Below are positions 26,082 to 38,844 of a stretch of 64,000 nucleotides of DNA, piece by piece. The stretch covers positions 19,147,642-19,211,641 of the forward strand of contig CM119265.1 in the NCBI GenBank assembly GCA_051294375.1, written 5' to 3'. The first letter of the stretch is position 1, and each line of letters opens with the position of its first letter. Below the pieces are notes generated by a model. That model did no database searches. It was not told the DNA's origin and was given only the letters and a program-made list of their open reading frames with translations. This DNA comes from Paraspadella gotoi. Taxonomy: Eukaryota; Animalia; Chaetognatha. The translations under genes and the position numbers were made by a program.

Positions 26082-26197
26082 GCAGATTCGAAAACGAAAG
26101 TTTGTAGTATTTTTACAACGATTGGAGTCGAAACATGTCCAATACTTTGTAATAAAATCGTTGTAAAAATACTAAAAACTTTCGTTTTCGAATCTGC
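26082..26197. repeat. 42-bp inverted repeat (41/42 identical) with 32-bp spacer
   Basis: gcagattcgaaaacgaaagtttgtagtatttttacaacgatt (26082-26123) vs aatcgttgtaaaaatactaaaaactttcgttttcgaatctgc (26156-26197). Confidence 0.95.
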
Positions 26198-26713
26198 ACG
26201 TTTATATTATAAGATTTATTAATAAATATTACAATAAATATGTACATTGTACAATTTACATTAACGATCTTCCGCCAGCGCCAATCGGTGGTTTGAAAGA
26301 ACCCGTCTGGCAGCCGAAAAAAGCCTTTTTTTTTTCTGGGGTCGCGTTTTTAAGGCCAAAACAGTTTCCGAGGGTGCGAAACAGCGATGTGGCTCAAAAG
26401 AGCCAACTTCCAGATCGTTTGCCAGCCGCTCGACCTTACCAGCCTTTACAAAGGGCGACTCACCCCGCGGAGGCCGTCTCCGTACCCGCCCATTCCTGCC
26501 TTGGCCTCAATCCTACAGCTCCAAACCTTTTACAAGCGTACAAGAGGACTTACCCCGATCGCCCGGGGAGAATTTCTACCACCCTCTCTCTTCTCTCCCC
26601 CTCTTGGGTGAGTGACCCCAAACATCCGAAAATAAAAGGGTTTCGCGCGAAACGAGGATCAAAGACGTCGATTCTCTCGTTTATGGCGTCGGTTTCTGGC
26701 AAGAATAAACGCT

Positions 26714-26715
<2 letters not shown>

Positions 26716-26755
<40 letters not shown>
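26716..26755. repeat. (CT)n microsatellite
   Basis: Direct reading. Confidence 0.97.
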
Positions 26756-26759
<4 letters not shown>

Positions 26760-28290
26760 TTGTCTCTCTTTTCCTTTACGTCTCACTGTTAATTTCTAAG
26801 ATCAGAATTGCCATTAACCTCATTTGCATATTGCAGTAATTTAATTTCGATAATCTATTTTATAATTATCAAAGTTAATTTTTTTAAAGAGTTACTCATT
26901 TACTCTGCATATAGACGTAGCTGTTTCTTGATGTGCATTCGGCGCTTTATCAGAAATTACATAACAGGAAAAGTCCTGCGAGAATTACTAGTATCTATGT
27001 CATCCATCCAGATACTTTTCACCATCTTCTCACGATGTTTCAAGCCGAAGTCGTGATACCCTCATCGGAATCCCACCAAAAACTATTTGAAGCTCATGCA
27101 AAAAACGTCCGCTAAAATATAAAAGGAAGAAAGAAAAAGAATTAAGCCAGAGGATGAAATAAGAAAGGATTCAACGCAACGAAAAAGAATATAAGCCATA
27201 AAAATAGGAATTTTTAACCCTCGACTTAGAATTTGAATCTCTCTCTCTCTATCTCTGTCTCTCTCTCTTTCTCTCTGAACGACTCCAGTTGACCCGAACA
27301 ACGAGGCGCGGCTCCTTTTTTTTTTCCAAAGGAATGCTTGAGGCGGGCCGCGTTTAAAACGCCGGGATGGAAAGATATTCGGAAGGCTGGCCCTGTTTAC
27401 GACGCTTGTATCGCCTGAAGACAGACCAATGAGATCGAGTCAAGCAAGGACTTTGGATGTAAATGCTAAAAAAGCGACGAGAAGCCTTCGTCGATATTAC
27501 CAAGTTTAGATGCTCTGTAAAAGTTATGATACATTAATTGTGCGGATTCGATAGTGAGTTTCGTCGTTTTTATATTTATTCATAATTGTTGATATTGTCG
27601 TCTAAATATACGCTTTTGTTAGAATACAGCAGGGTTGATTCAGAACAAATTCAGAACAGATTCATTAAAAATTCATACACAATTACACAACGTCTAAAAC
27701 GTTTAAATAATAATAAAGTATAAACTGGCGAAAAGAATAAAGAGGGAACGCTGGAATGCTGAAAGAGGCTTGAGATGGAAAGTTATGATGTAGTTCTTTT
27801 TTCACTCGAATCTATCTCTATCTCTCTTTCTCTCTCTGAGTCTCTCCCTTCCTCCCTTTCCCACGCCAAAATAACCCCTCTTTTTACGCTCGAATTCCAA
27901 CCGCTTGTATTTTCCTCCCAAAGCGTCGCCATATTGGATTTTTGCCGCCATATTGGATTCGGACGACGACGACGCCCACCACCAGAAAATTCGCCAATAA
28001 AAGGTCAGAGGCGCATACGACGTGGCGAGCGAGACCACGTGACCGCGTCGAGGCGCGTGACCATTTCCGGTTTTTCGATTCCGCGTCTTGAGAAAGGACT
28101 CTTTGGTTGGCGTCGTCGTCGTCGTCAGCATCGTCGTAATCTTCACCATCGTGGTCAAAATTTTAAATTCAATCGTTGTTCCTAACTGTATTCATTCTAA
28201 CCTATCTCTATAAATACATAGATTATTTTTTTATTTGTACTTGTAACTAAACTATTTATTACAAGTCTTAGTACAAAATAAGCACCAAAA

Positions 28291-28296
<6 letters not shown>

Positions 28297-28356
<60 letters not shown>
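28297..28356. repeat. (CT)n microsatellite
   Basis: Direct reading. Confidence 0.97.
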
Positions 28357-28358
<2 letters not shown>

Positions 28359-28419
28359 ACCAACCAAGCGGCGATTTCTCTTCGGTCCAAACTTTTCCAT
28401 TGACATCAATAAAAGGTCA

Positions 28420-28660
28420 GCCCTCTTCCCGAGACCCCGACGGAGCGGCTTCCGTCCATTCCCGGCGGGCCGCGCCCGGTCGGCCCGCCTCGCCCGATTG
28501 CCCGCTCCCGCGCGGCGGCTCCTCGCCCGCCAACGAGATTAAAGGCTGCGAAAATCGGCGGAGAAAATGAGAATCTTTCCCCGAGTCGGGAAGAGAGAGA
28601 TGGGGGGGAGGAGGGGTGGGGGGTGGGGGTGGAGTCGAAGGTGGTGGGGAGGAGGGTTTG
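28420..28660. promoter_or_regulatory. GC/CpG-rich island followed by G-run tract
   Basis: cccggcgggccgcgcccggtcggcccgcctcgcccg..., then gggggggaggaggggtggggggtggggg (four G-runs of 4 or more). Confidence 0.3.
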
Positions 28661-28687
28661 AAAAAAGGGTGGGTTTTAATTTTTGGA

Positions 28688-28827
28688 AACATTCAACTAA
28701 TAACATTCAACTAATAACATTCAACTAATAACATTCAATTAATAACATTCAAATAATAACATTCAATTAATAACATTCAAATAATAACATTCAATTATTA
28801 ACATTCAATTAATAACGTTCTAATTAA
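28688..28827. repeat. 14-bp minisatellite (AACATTCAA[C/T/A]TAAT), 9 copies plus a degenerate one
   Basis: Head-to-tail units read directly, with no spacers. Confidence 0.95.
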
Positions 28828-29439
28828 ATTATAATTATGAAAAAAAAGGTTTCTCTGTCAGTTACTGTTTTATAGTGTTTTTACTGTTTATACTGTTTAT
28901 ACTGTTTATGCTACAGTTTTGATCTAAATCTTCTGGCGTCTCGAGACAACAAAAATAAAATAAGTAGAAGAATAAAAGTCAATTTTAAGTACAACGCAGT
29001 AGAAACGCTTTAAACTACGTTGTTTTCGAATTACGACTTCGACGACGACTGCGACGACGACGACGACGACAAAATCCTCTTTCCTCGTCGAATTCTTAAA
29101 ACTTCCGCAGTTGGAGATCTTTTGTTATTTCGTAGTAATATTATATCGTAGTAGAAAATTAATCCGACTTTGTTTTTCATCTTTGGCGACAACTAAGCTC
29201 TTCGTATCCAACCGGGAACTTCCTCCGATTTTTTGAAAAATTAATTCTCTTTTTTAATATTTTCGTTTTGAAATAAATTTTTATTGAGGGAAATTGAAAT
29301 AGAATCGCGTTGGAATTTTCTACATAACTATTATTATGAAACTAATATTTTAATTATTCGAGAAAAAAAAATCTCGTGATGAGATAAGACCACGTCAACG
29401 ACCAAAAGAATTGAGACTTAAATAAGATTAAAATTCGCG

Positions 29440-29457
29440 TCTCTCTCTCTCCCTTTC

Positions 29458-29533
<76 letters not shown>
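29440..29533. repeat. (CT)n microsatellite
   Basis: Direct reading, interrupted at the left end. Confidence 0.95.
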
Positions 29534-29536
<3 letters not shown>

Positions 29537-29872
29537 GCATCTCTTCTTTACAAAGGGGGAATCCCAATGGGCGAGAATCTATTGGTCATTTGTATCCCAC
29601 TTTGTTTGTAGGAGTTACAATGAGAAGGGCGAGTGGAACGAATGCATTTTAAACCGGAGGCGAGGGTCAAAGGGGAATAAGTATTACATTCAAGTACTAA
29701 AGTTTTAGATTGACTGATTGTTAAAGAATCGGAAAGCTTTTAGAAATTTGATTGTGTAAAATGCACTGAGGTATCTAGGACGTTATTGTGTTGCCCTGGT
29801 GTTGCCCATGCAGATGGAAAAGTTCGATGATTAAGAGAAGTCGAGGTTTTGAGAAAATCACAATTGGAATTT

Positions 29873-29907
<35 letters not shown>

Positions 29908-30516
29908 CTTTAAAAGGCCGTCACGCCTCGAAGGTTCACAACAAACGCTTAAGAAAACGGGAGATGTGGTGAGTGGAGATTCGGAGTGGTCAGAAGTTGT
30001 GGGTCAGGCCAAGTTCGTGATTGCTTCATGCTTAAATAAGTTTTCATGCATTTGTTCATACAGTATTAAGTATCTTCATGAAAATTTTCATTTTTTCAAG
30101 GGTTTTAATAAATGAATTTTAATGAAATATTGGTTTGCTAGACCTATCCTAAGTTGTACTTGGTATTAATTAATCCATAAACCGACCAACAGTAGCCCCC
30201 TCATGCGGCGCGCGAGATACAGTAAAACGGCGCCACCCTCGACTACTGAGAGAAGCGAAGGCGCCGAATATTGACGCCGATCGGAGGAAGAGATTCCGAC
30301 GCCGAGATTTCCGGCGGGAGCCTCGTTATCGCGAGATGGAATCGGAGGGAGGAAAGGAGGAGGAAGAGGAGGAAAAAGGGAGGAAATGTAAGGGAGGAGG
30401 AGGAGGAGGAGGAGGAGGAAGAGGAGGAGGATGGAAAAGGGAGACACGATAATGAGAAATAGGAACTGCACACTTCGCGAGAATCAAGCGGATACCGAAA
30501 GTAATCCAAACTCATT

Positions 30517-30520
<4 letters not shown>

Positions 30521-30596
<76 letters not shown>
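30521..30596. repeat. (CT)n microsatellite
   Basis: Direct reading. Confidence 0.97.
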
Positions 30597-30599
<3 letters not shown>

Positions 30600-31334
30600 C
30601 CATTCTTTTTTGTCTCTCTCCATCTTTCCATCGATCCTTCTCTTTCTCCCGTTTTCCTTCCAATTTCCAATTTCACTCCCAAATCAAATCTTGGGAATGG
30701 CTCCCTCTGTTTTGCGGATCCCCCCGAGTCGTCCCTCTCATTCGTTGGCCCCTGCCCCGTCCTCGGGTCTTCTGCCCGACCCTATGGCCTTCATTCCGAG
30801 TTCTTCTACCTCATGGTTTGTAGTTAAGTTTTTATGTCCTGTCGCCCCTTTCATTCTTCCGCTGTCTTTCCCTTAATATTGTCTCTTTATTTTTTTCACA
30901 TATCGGAACCTAATAATTGCAATTATTTCGCCAATTCAAAGTCAGCGACTTGAAAATAGTAAAATAAAGTGTAAGTGAAACAAGAAGCTTCTCAATAAAT
31001 ATCTGACCATTATCGCAAACGTTGCTGGGGAGATATATCGGCGCCCCTTGAAACCAATCAGTGTACTAATTCCTTTCCTTGGACGTGTACAATCCCTCAA
31101 GGTTGCAAACCCTCGGTCACATCACAGTTTCCGTTATATCCTATCTCCCTTTTTCGCGCGCGTCTTTTCCTTTTTCTTCCCGCTTCTCGCGTCCCCTTTT
31201 GCTTATCCTTTTTTTATCGTTCCTTCCTTAACTCTACCCCCTTCCCCTCCCCTCGATCCCCTCCCTCGATCCCCTCCCCCCATCTCGAATTCACGTCTCT
31301 TTCCCCGAAAACGCGATTTGTTCCCCAATCAAAG

Positions 31335-31455
31335 TCCGGCGACCGTTTCGATTCTTGTCCGGCGCGCCGCCCGCCCGCCGCCGCCCGCCCGGTTTCGCCG
31401 GCGGATCCCCGGCGACCGGCGCCCTTCCCTCCTCCGGAAGCCGAGAGCCCGCGAT
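31335..31455. promoter_or_regulatory. GC/CpG-rich island with GC-box-like CCGCCC repeats
   Basis: ggcgcgccgcccgcccgccgccgcccgcccgg plus CCGGAAG. Confidence 0.25.
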
Positions 31456-31527
31456 TCCAATTCCGATGAGTCCATATCTCAATGTCGCCGAGTAATGTCA
31501 TTATCCACGGAAGGGAAAGGAGGGAAG

Positions 31528-31569
<42 letters not shown>

Positions 31570-31574
31570 CTCTC

Positions 31575-31609
<35 letters not shown>

Positions 31610-33599
31610 TTCTACACACACAATTAGAAACCGGCGTTTCGACCACACGTTCCAATTGTCCGTTTTCTATCGGTGTCAGGAACGGTGGGAACTTGAATTC
31701 TATCTCCGTCTAGGGCTGCCCTTGCTTCTTTCTATTTTACCTACTACTTCCCTTGCCCCGGTCAAACTCCAAACCCCACCCACTCCCCACCCTAAAAAGG
31801 CCGATTAACGATTTACTCACCGACCGGAAAATCATAATCATATTTCGAGGGGATCATTATTAACCCACGTTTATTACGAGGGACGCTGACAGATGCCGAG
31901 AATAATGTCAGTAGGGTAGAGCTATTAGCCAGGGTGAATGTCGTACGAAAAGTCTTGGGTTCGAAACCTTGCCGCTTGTAACTCTTATATATTGACGGGG
32001 TTTTGTGATCAACTAATGTGGCGGAAAAAAAAAATTACTTACGCATAAAGTAAAAAAAAATTGCATCAAATTTATTTTTCGCGGTTCTATTTAAATAAAA
32101 CTGTGAATTCTAGTATATGAAATCAATACAAACAATATGTGAAGCTAAACTATGGATCGAATCGCGCCCTCCTTGACAATAATAACAACAACAATAGTTT
32201 CAACCACAACGACAACGATGCCGTTTCCGGTCGCCCCAACAACGGCGCCGTCCGCATCATCATCGGCGTCTCCCTCGTCGCCCGGCGTCAGGACCCGAAA
32301 CCGGCGTCATTCGCATCCCACTGACGTCATCCAAAAACCATTTCTTCTTTTCTCTCCCATCGCCCCCCCCATCGCCCCCCCCCCATCACCCCCCCCCAAA
32401 AAAAGAGCGGAGTCGTCGGGAATACTTTTCCTTCGGGGTCCGGGGTTAAAGCGTGGATGGTCAAAATTGGCCCCGTTGGGCGACGTAGTTTCCCCTCCCT
32501 TTCGTGGGCGGAAACAGCGGAACAGCGAGTGTGGTAAAATAAAAAAATAGGGGTCCTTTTGAGCAACAGGGTTCCCAACTCACCCGGTTATAGAGAGAGA
32601 TAGCATAGAGAGACCGCCAGGTGAAACTCTCGCTCTTCTCCAGACCCACCAATCGCCGGGGGAGGGAGTGGAAAAGTGTGCGAGAGGAGTTTGTGAAGTT
32701 GACCCCTTTTAAATCGTCATTTGATGACTCACCGAGGAGGTCACTCGGACGTGGACCAACGATGCCGTAATTAACGATCATTAAAAATCAATTCTTATCC
32801 CCACCACCTCCCAATCTGACCACCGACACGATGAACCACCACCTCGATAACCACCTCCCTCCCACATCTTTCCCCCTACCACCTCTCCACATTTTTCTCC
32901 ATTTCCTTCGATTTTCCACCCTTTTTTTCTCCTCGAGGTCTCCCCGGGTCAGAGACTCCGAATCAAAACCTAATTTTTCCTCGACCCAACTTTTTTTTCT
33001 CTTCGCTTGACCGCGCGGGGAGAATGAGAGGAAGGGAGGGGAGGGGAGGGTAGGGGAGGGTTTGAGGGTAAGGTGTGGGTAAGGAGGAGTGGGGGGAGGA
33101 GGAGGATGAGGAGGTAAGGAGAGTCGTCTTTTGTGGGATTTTGGATTTTTGTTTCTAATCGTGGTTATATTCATCTTGGTTTCTTTTTTGTTTATTAATT
33201 TATTATATAGATTTACAATCATTGATTATTTTACCTTTTGTTTAAATATTTACTGACTTACTTTCTGTTTACTTAATTCTTAATTCTTCTTAATACTAAA
33301 TTTACTTATTTGATATACTTTCTGTTTTCTTCCACTTTTCTTCTCTTCTTTTTGATATTATGAAACCAAAACCTCTTCCTGTTTCTCTCCTATTTTCCCC
33401 ATCCATTTCCTTTGACCTTCCACCCTCTTTCATTCCCTCTTTTCCATATTCCCACTCCCCTCTCTCCCCCCCCTCCTTTCCCTTCCGGCCAGGTCGGCCA
33501 AGCGTCCAAGCGCAGGTTCTATTCTGGGGTCAAAAGATTGAGCTCTTGAAATGGCGATCCAGGGTCAAATGCCCCCGAAATTGAGAAAAATGGGAAAGC

Positions 33600-33601
<2 letters not shown>

Positions 33602-33683
<82 letters not shown>
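33602..33683. repeat. (GA)n microsatellite
   Basis: Direct reading. Confidence 0.97.
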
Positions 33684-33686
<3 letters not shown>

Positions 33687-35579
33687 TAATCGGATAGGCT
33701 TTGAAAAGGTTTTTCTGCTAATGCCACGCCTTAGTTTTTTCCGCAGTGCTTAGAAAACTGCTTACGCTTTCGAGTTTATCCGATTGACGATCAGCAGCAC
33801 TCCGGGAATTTTGATCATGAATGTGGAACCCTTTTTGAGACTTGAAAATATAATTCTTATAAACTTTAAGACATAAAACTAAATTTCTTTTTATTTTATA
33901 AGTGATTGACTGAGTTAATGGGTACATGTTTCCAACTTTCATGGAAACTTTCATGCTTATTCAGTTACTCACAGATCCCATTTATTTCGAAACAGTAATT
34001 TTGTGGCTTTAAAATTTCGTATCACTTCTTTGCTCTGACGTCACGGCGCCTACGTGGAAAAAAGGTTAAAGCGCGATCAGTGATCAGTGATCACCTTTCG
34101 AGTCGAGTCATCGACTTTCTTCTTATTTTCAAATTCTTTTCCTTGACTCACCTTTTGTGAAAAACTTTCTAACCCTCTTTTACTCACAAAATACCCAAAA
34201 TTACTCACAAAATGCAAACCAAACATAACTATCTATGTAAAATATATTTCAAGATTTTCACATTTTCTCATCAAAATCTCTCTCTCTCCTCTCTTCTATC
34301 TCTCCTCTCTCTTCTTTCTCATCTCTCTCTCTTCTCTCTCTCTCTCTCTACCAAAAACTCTGCCCTCTATGCCCCCGACATCTGGTCGACTCTCCCGACG
34401 CCCATAAACTGTGCCGCTCCGGGCGTCGCCTTCGCCTCGTCTTTCCCAGGCGTGACTTTCGATCGGCCCTGACCCGAAGCTCGAAAACTCCGCCCCCGTA
34501 CGAGGGTCACCTCTCTATTTTCACGTTTCTCAAAACCGATCTTAATATCTCGCTCTCACTCTCGTTTGGTTCAAGCAAACTCGAATCGTTCTTCTTTGAA
34601 TTTGCTCGAGATAAAAATCTCTCAATTCAACTTACTTTTAAATGATCAATCTTTCGACCTTACCTTTCTTATTCAAACCCTTATTTCCATTCCCATAAAC
34701 TCAAAGAACTTTTCTTTCAAGTCCCCCTCTATTTTTACAACTTTAAGCTCCACCGAGCAATCCCAACTGCCCACTCTCGGTTCCACCTTGCACTCCCCAC
34801 AAAACCCCGTCAACCACTTTGCAATCCCCCTTCCCCTGCTTTCCCCCTTCCCCTGCTTTCCCCCTTTCCCTGCTTCCTCCCTTCTTTTCCTCGAGACGGC
34901 GAAATAAAGAGAGTCCCTTCTGTGACCCCGACCTCGGCGCCTCGTGGCCCGGAATAACCCGGAATGCCTCTTCGGTCGCCCATGTCGACGCCGCCGACGC
35001 CGCCGACGCCGACAACGCCGAAACCGAAGGTCGCCCAAGGATCAATCGTTAAATGTAAATTTGGTTGCGTAGCATCTCTTCCTCGTCTTTTTTTTAATTT
35101 ATTTATTTATTTATTTATTCTTTTTATTAATTTATTTATCTATTTATTTTAATTGACTTAATTTATTTAATTTTTATTAACGTTATCTTCGTTCTCCACA
35201 TTCTCTTGTCCTTTTGTTCGATCCCTAAAAAGGAAGAATCCCTAACGACGAAACAACCGAAGTCACTTACGAACCACAAAAGCCGACAGACGGCGACACT
35301 CTTCTTTTCACTGACCTTTTTTTTTTCTGGCGACTCCTTGTCACCCGCCACCCGACCTCGTCTCGACCGAGGACCCCGCGCACCGCTCTCTAAACCACAG
35401 ACACCCAACCTGTCTCAAATTCGGAAAGGGTGAGGCCAGCGTACACTCCTTATCCATGACTCCGTGACAAGAGTGACTTTTCGATTCTAAGCTGACTTCC
35501 TATTCATTCTCACTCTCAACTTTGTCCCTTCACCTTTTTCACTCATTTTTCCCAATCTTCTCCAATGTATTTCCCACTC

Positions 35580-35775
35580 ATCCCTCTCCCATCTCTCTCC
35601 CATCTCCCTCCCTCCCATCTCTCTTCCCCCTTCTCTCTCCCATCTCTCCCTGCCTCCCATCTCTCTTCCCCCTTCTCTCTCCCATCTCTATCACTCATCT
35701 CTCCCACTCATCTCTCTCCCATCTCACTCCCTCCCATCTCTCTTCCCCCTTCTCTCTCCCATCTCTCCCAGCCTC
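35580..35775. repeat. Pyrimidine-rich minisatellite (ctcccatctctcttcccccttctctctcccatctct x3)
   Basis: Three near-identical units plus partial copies. Confidence 0.85.
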
Positions 35776-35862
35776 CTTCCCCGAGCCTCCCTTTCCCTCG
35801 GCGACTGACGAGTAGCAGGTTCTCTTTTCCGTCGCGGTCGTTAGATTTAACAATACCTCGGA

Positions 35863-35863
<1 letters not shown>

Positions 35864-35902
<39 letters not shown>
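35864..35902. repeat. (GAC)n microsatellite
   Basis: Direct reading. Confidence 0.96.
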
Positions 35903-35903
<1 letters not shown>

Positions 35904-36307
35904 AAAAGAAGAAACGAAATGACAACATTGACGACGAGGTCGACGACGACGAAAAGGACGATTGGTGAAATAAGGAAATGATGACATGGACGAAGAAGAA
36001 TTCCATGACGCTCGTGACAACCGGTATGAAAAAGACAATGACAAAGATGGCAATGATGACAAAAGACAACGGCGACGTCGAAAAAGAAAAGATGACATTG
36101 ACGACAATACGGTTTCCGCCGCCCCCGCCGCCTCCGCCACCGCCACCACCGCCGCCACCGCCGCCCGCGACCACGCCGGCTTCCCTCCTTAAAAGCCGGA
36201 CACAAAGTGGAGGGATCGTAAAAATTCTGAAAATAGCGCCAATCGCCTCTCGAAGACGCCGGAGAAGCGTGTCCAGTCGCGGGGCGTGTGGGGCGACGCC
36301 GCTACCC

Positions 36308-36390
36308 ACGTGACACACCTGGACGTGACGCACCTCGACGTGACGCACCTCAACATCTCAACGGGGCACACCTCAATGTGACACAGCTCG
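36308..36390. repeat. 15-bp degenerate tandem repeat (ACGTGACGCACCTCG), about 5 copies
   Basis: acgtgacacacctgg, acgtgacgcacctcg, acgtgacgcacctca, (8-bp partial), acggggcacacctca, atgtgacacagctcg. Confidence 0.85.
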
Positions 36391-36702
36391 AATCGTCACC
36401 CGTGATGTAAATCGATTGATATGAGAAATCTAAAGGACTTTTAGTGCATTTCTCATGTTTAATTTGAGATGAAACGATGGGATACAGAAAGTGACATTGA
36501 GAAAACAATTACATATTGATTATGTCAGAGGTAAGAAAGCTTGTTTATTGAAGGAATGGATAATTGTTATTTTGGTTGTACCAATTTCATGCAGATTATA
36601 TTTATCTCGAGATTAACATTTTCGGGACACATCGAGGATCTTTTACAGCATCGTTGTTGTCTTCTTCCGCCGATCCGGTAAGCAAAAGCCGAGAAGAGCG
36701 AA

Positions 36703-36733
36703 GACGACGACGACGACGACGACGACAACGACG

Positions 36734-36771
<38 letters not shown>

Positions 36772-36778
36772 GACGACA
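36703..36778. repeat. (GAC)n/(GACAAC)n compound microsatellite
   Basis: Direct reading. Confidence 0.95.
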
Positions 36779-37354
36779 AGTAGAAAACGATGAACCGCTC
36801 GACGTGGGTGAAAAGGCGTCGTTAGGTGAGTTTCGGATGAAATGACGATCACGTCGGATTGTTGTTGTTGTTGTTGTTGTTGTTTTTGAGGAAGTTGAGG
36901 TTGACGGTTTTTTTGATTGGTTGTCGAAATTGACGTTTTCGGCGTTCGAGGCTCAACTGAAATCAAATTTAAAAAATGTAAAAAATATGTAAAAATATTA
37001 ATTTTACGAATAACAGAACGCTTGATGTATTCGGATAAGTATCTTCTTTTTCTTTTCGCTGTGTTTCATCTCCTGTGGGTGGAATCGACGATTTAGGGGA
37101 TGTTTATGATGACGACGACGACGAAAACGACGAAATTAACGACGATGACGACGACGACAATCATTTCCGTCGCCTAAACCTCCATTCCCCTTCCCAAAAA
37201 ATTATAAACACCGTTCGGGACGACGGCGACGCGGTGACCAACGATGCAATCGCCTTACCCTTCGTTGACGAAGATGCGATCAAGATGCAACCATACGCGA
37301 AATGTATGCGCGCCTTTACCACGCTTACGATCTCTCTCTCTCTCTCTCCCTCCT

Positions 37355-37389
<35 letters not shown>

Positions 37390-37390
37390 G

Positions 37391-37421
<31 letters not shown>

Positions 37422-38251
37422 TTGGATTTCCCCGGCGAAAGAACGAACGTTTTTTCTCGTTAACTCTTGTGACGTGAAAGAAACAAAAAAAAAAAAATCA
37501 ATATCCAAATTAACAAAGTTTATTAAACAAACGAATAAAATGCAAAACAAAAACCAAACCCGCCCTTCAAAGCTCGAGAGAAATTCCAAACCGCTACAGC
37601 AAAATCGGCGTCGTCTTCGTCGTCGTCGAACGTGGGATTCGATTCGCTCTACATCTCTGACCGAAAGGGGTCATCATCGTCATGGGGCGGTGGAGTGGCT
37701 GGAGCTGGATGGGATAGAGAGGTGGAGCTCTGGGCGAGAGAGCAAGAGGGGCTGAGGGAGAGGCGGCATAATAGAAGGGGAAATGAACTACACTAAGAAT
37801 CTACTTTGCATCGAAGGAATTAATTTCGTCCCGAGTTCCTCCTCCTTTTCTCTCGACTCCCTTGTCTCCATATTCTAAAAGTCCGGAGGGTCGAGGAAGT
37901 GAGGTTTATAGACTTACCCTCGGAGGTGGCGGCGGCGGCGCCAGCGACTCGACGGTTCCGCCTCTTTCCTTCTTCGCCGTCTCTTCCTCCCCGAACCCCT
38001 CAAACCTCCACAGAACCTCGGGGCTTCTCCGCGGTTATGGCACCTCGAGAATTACCCTTTGTCCTTGGGGTTTTCTGGACATTCCTTTGTATCTTTTATT
38101 CATTGCCCCTTTTTTTTACGAGATGGAGACAATATTCTTCTCTGACCGAAACTCGTTTTTTTTTTTGGCGATACAACCTTCGTCGGGCCTTTCTCTCTCT
38201 CTCTCTCTCCTCTCTCGTCTCTCTCCTATCTCTCTTCTCTCTCTCTCTCTT

Positions 38252-38290
<39 letters not shown>

Positions 38291-38570
38291 GAGACAAATT
38301 ACCAATAAAAATATTGAAAATATAAAAACATTATGTACATAATTTTCCATCCTTTCCCCAATTCACACTCACGTTGCTAGAAGTCTGTAAGGGAAAAAAT
38401 AGATTGTACGTAGGTACATATATTCTCAAGAAGATTGAGAAACAATCCAATATAACATTTAGAACGAATTTTATTGGCACCTTCCCCCTTCGGAAAGAAA
38501 CCATTCTCTTGAACATCATTTTCTTTTTATTTCATTAATCATTCCATCACTAAAATCGTCGGCCAAAGGA

Positions 38571-38624
<54 letters not shown>

Positions 38625-38742
38625 TCTATCTCCTCTCCTCTCCGAAACCCGCAAAAAGGTAGGCAGAGAAGATTCAATGGCTTTAAACTGTTATGGCTAT
38701 GGTCAGTTTGCGCGGAAAGTGTCTCCGGCCATTCAATTCAGT

Positions 38743-38844
<102 letters not shown>

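Noticed and set aside
28688-28827. Regular repeats as a CRISPR array
   Set aside because: 14-bp head-to-tail units without spacers, no cas genes, eukaryotic context.
35978-36313. ORF with a poly-proline run
   Set aside because: Built from (GAC)- and (CCG/CCA)-derived repeats, with no domain or splice support.
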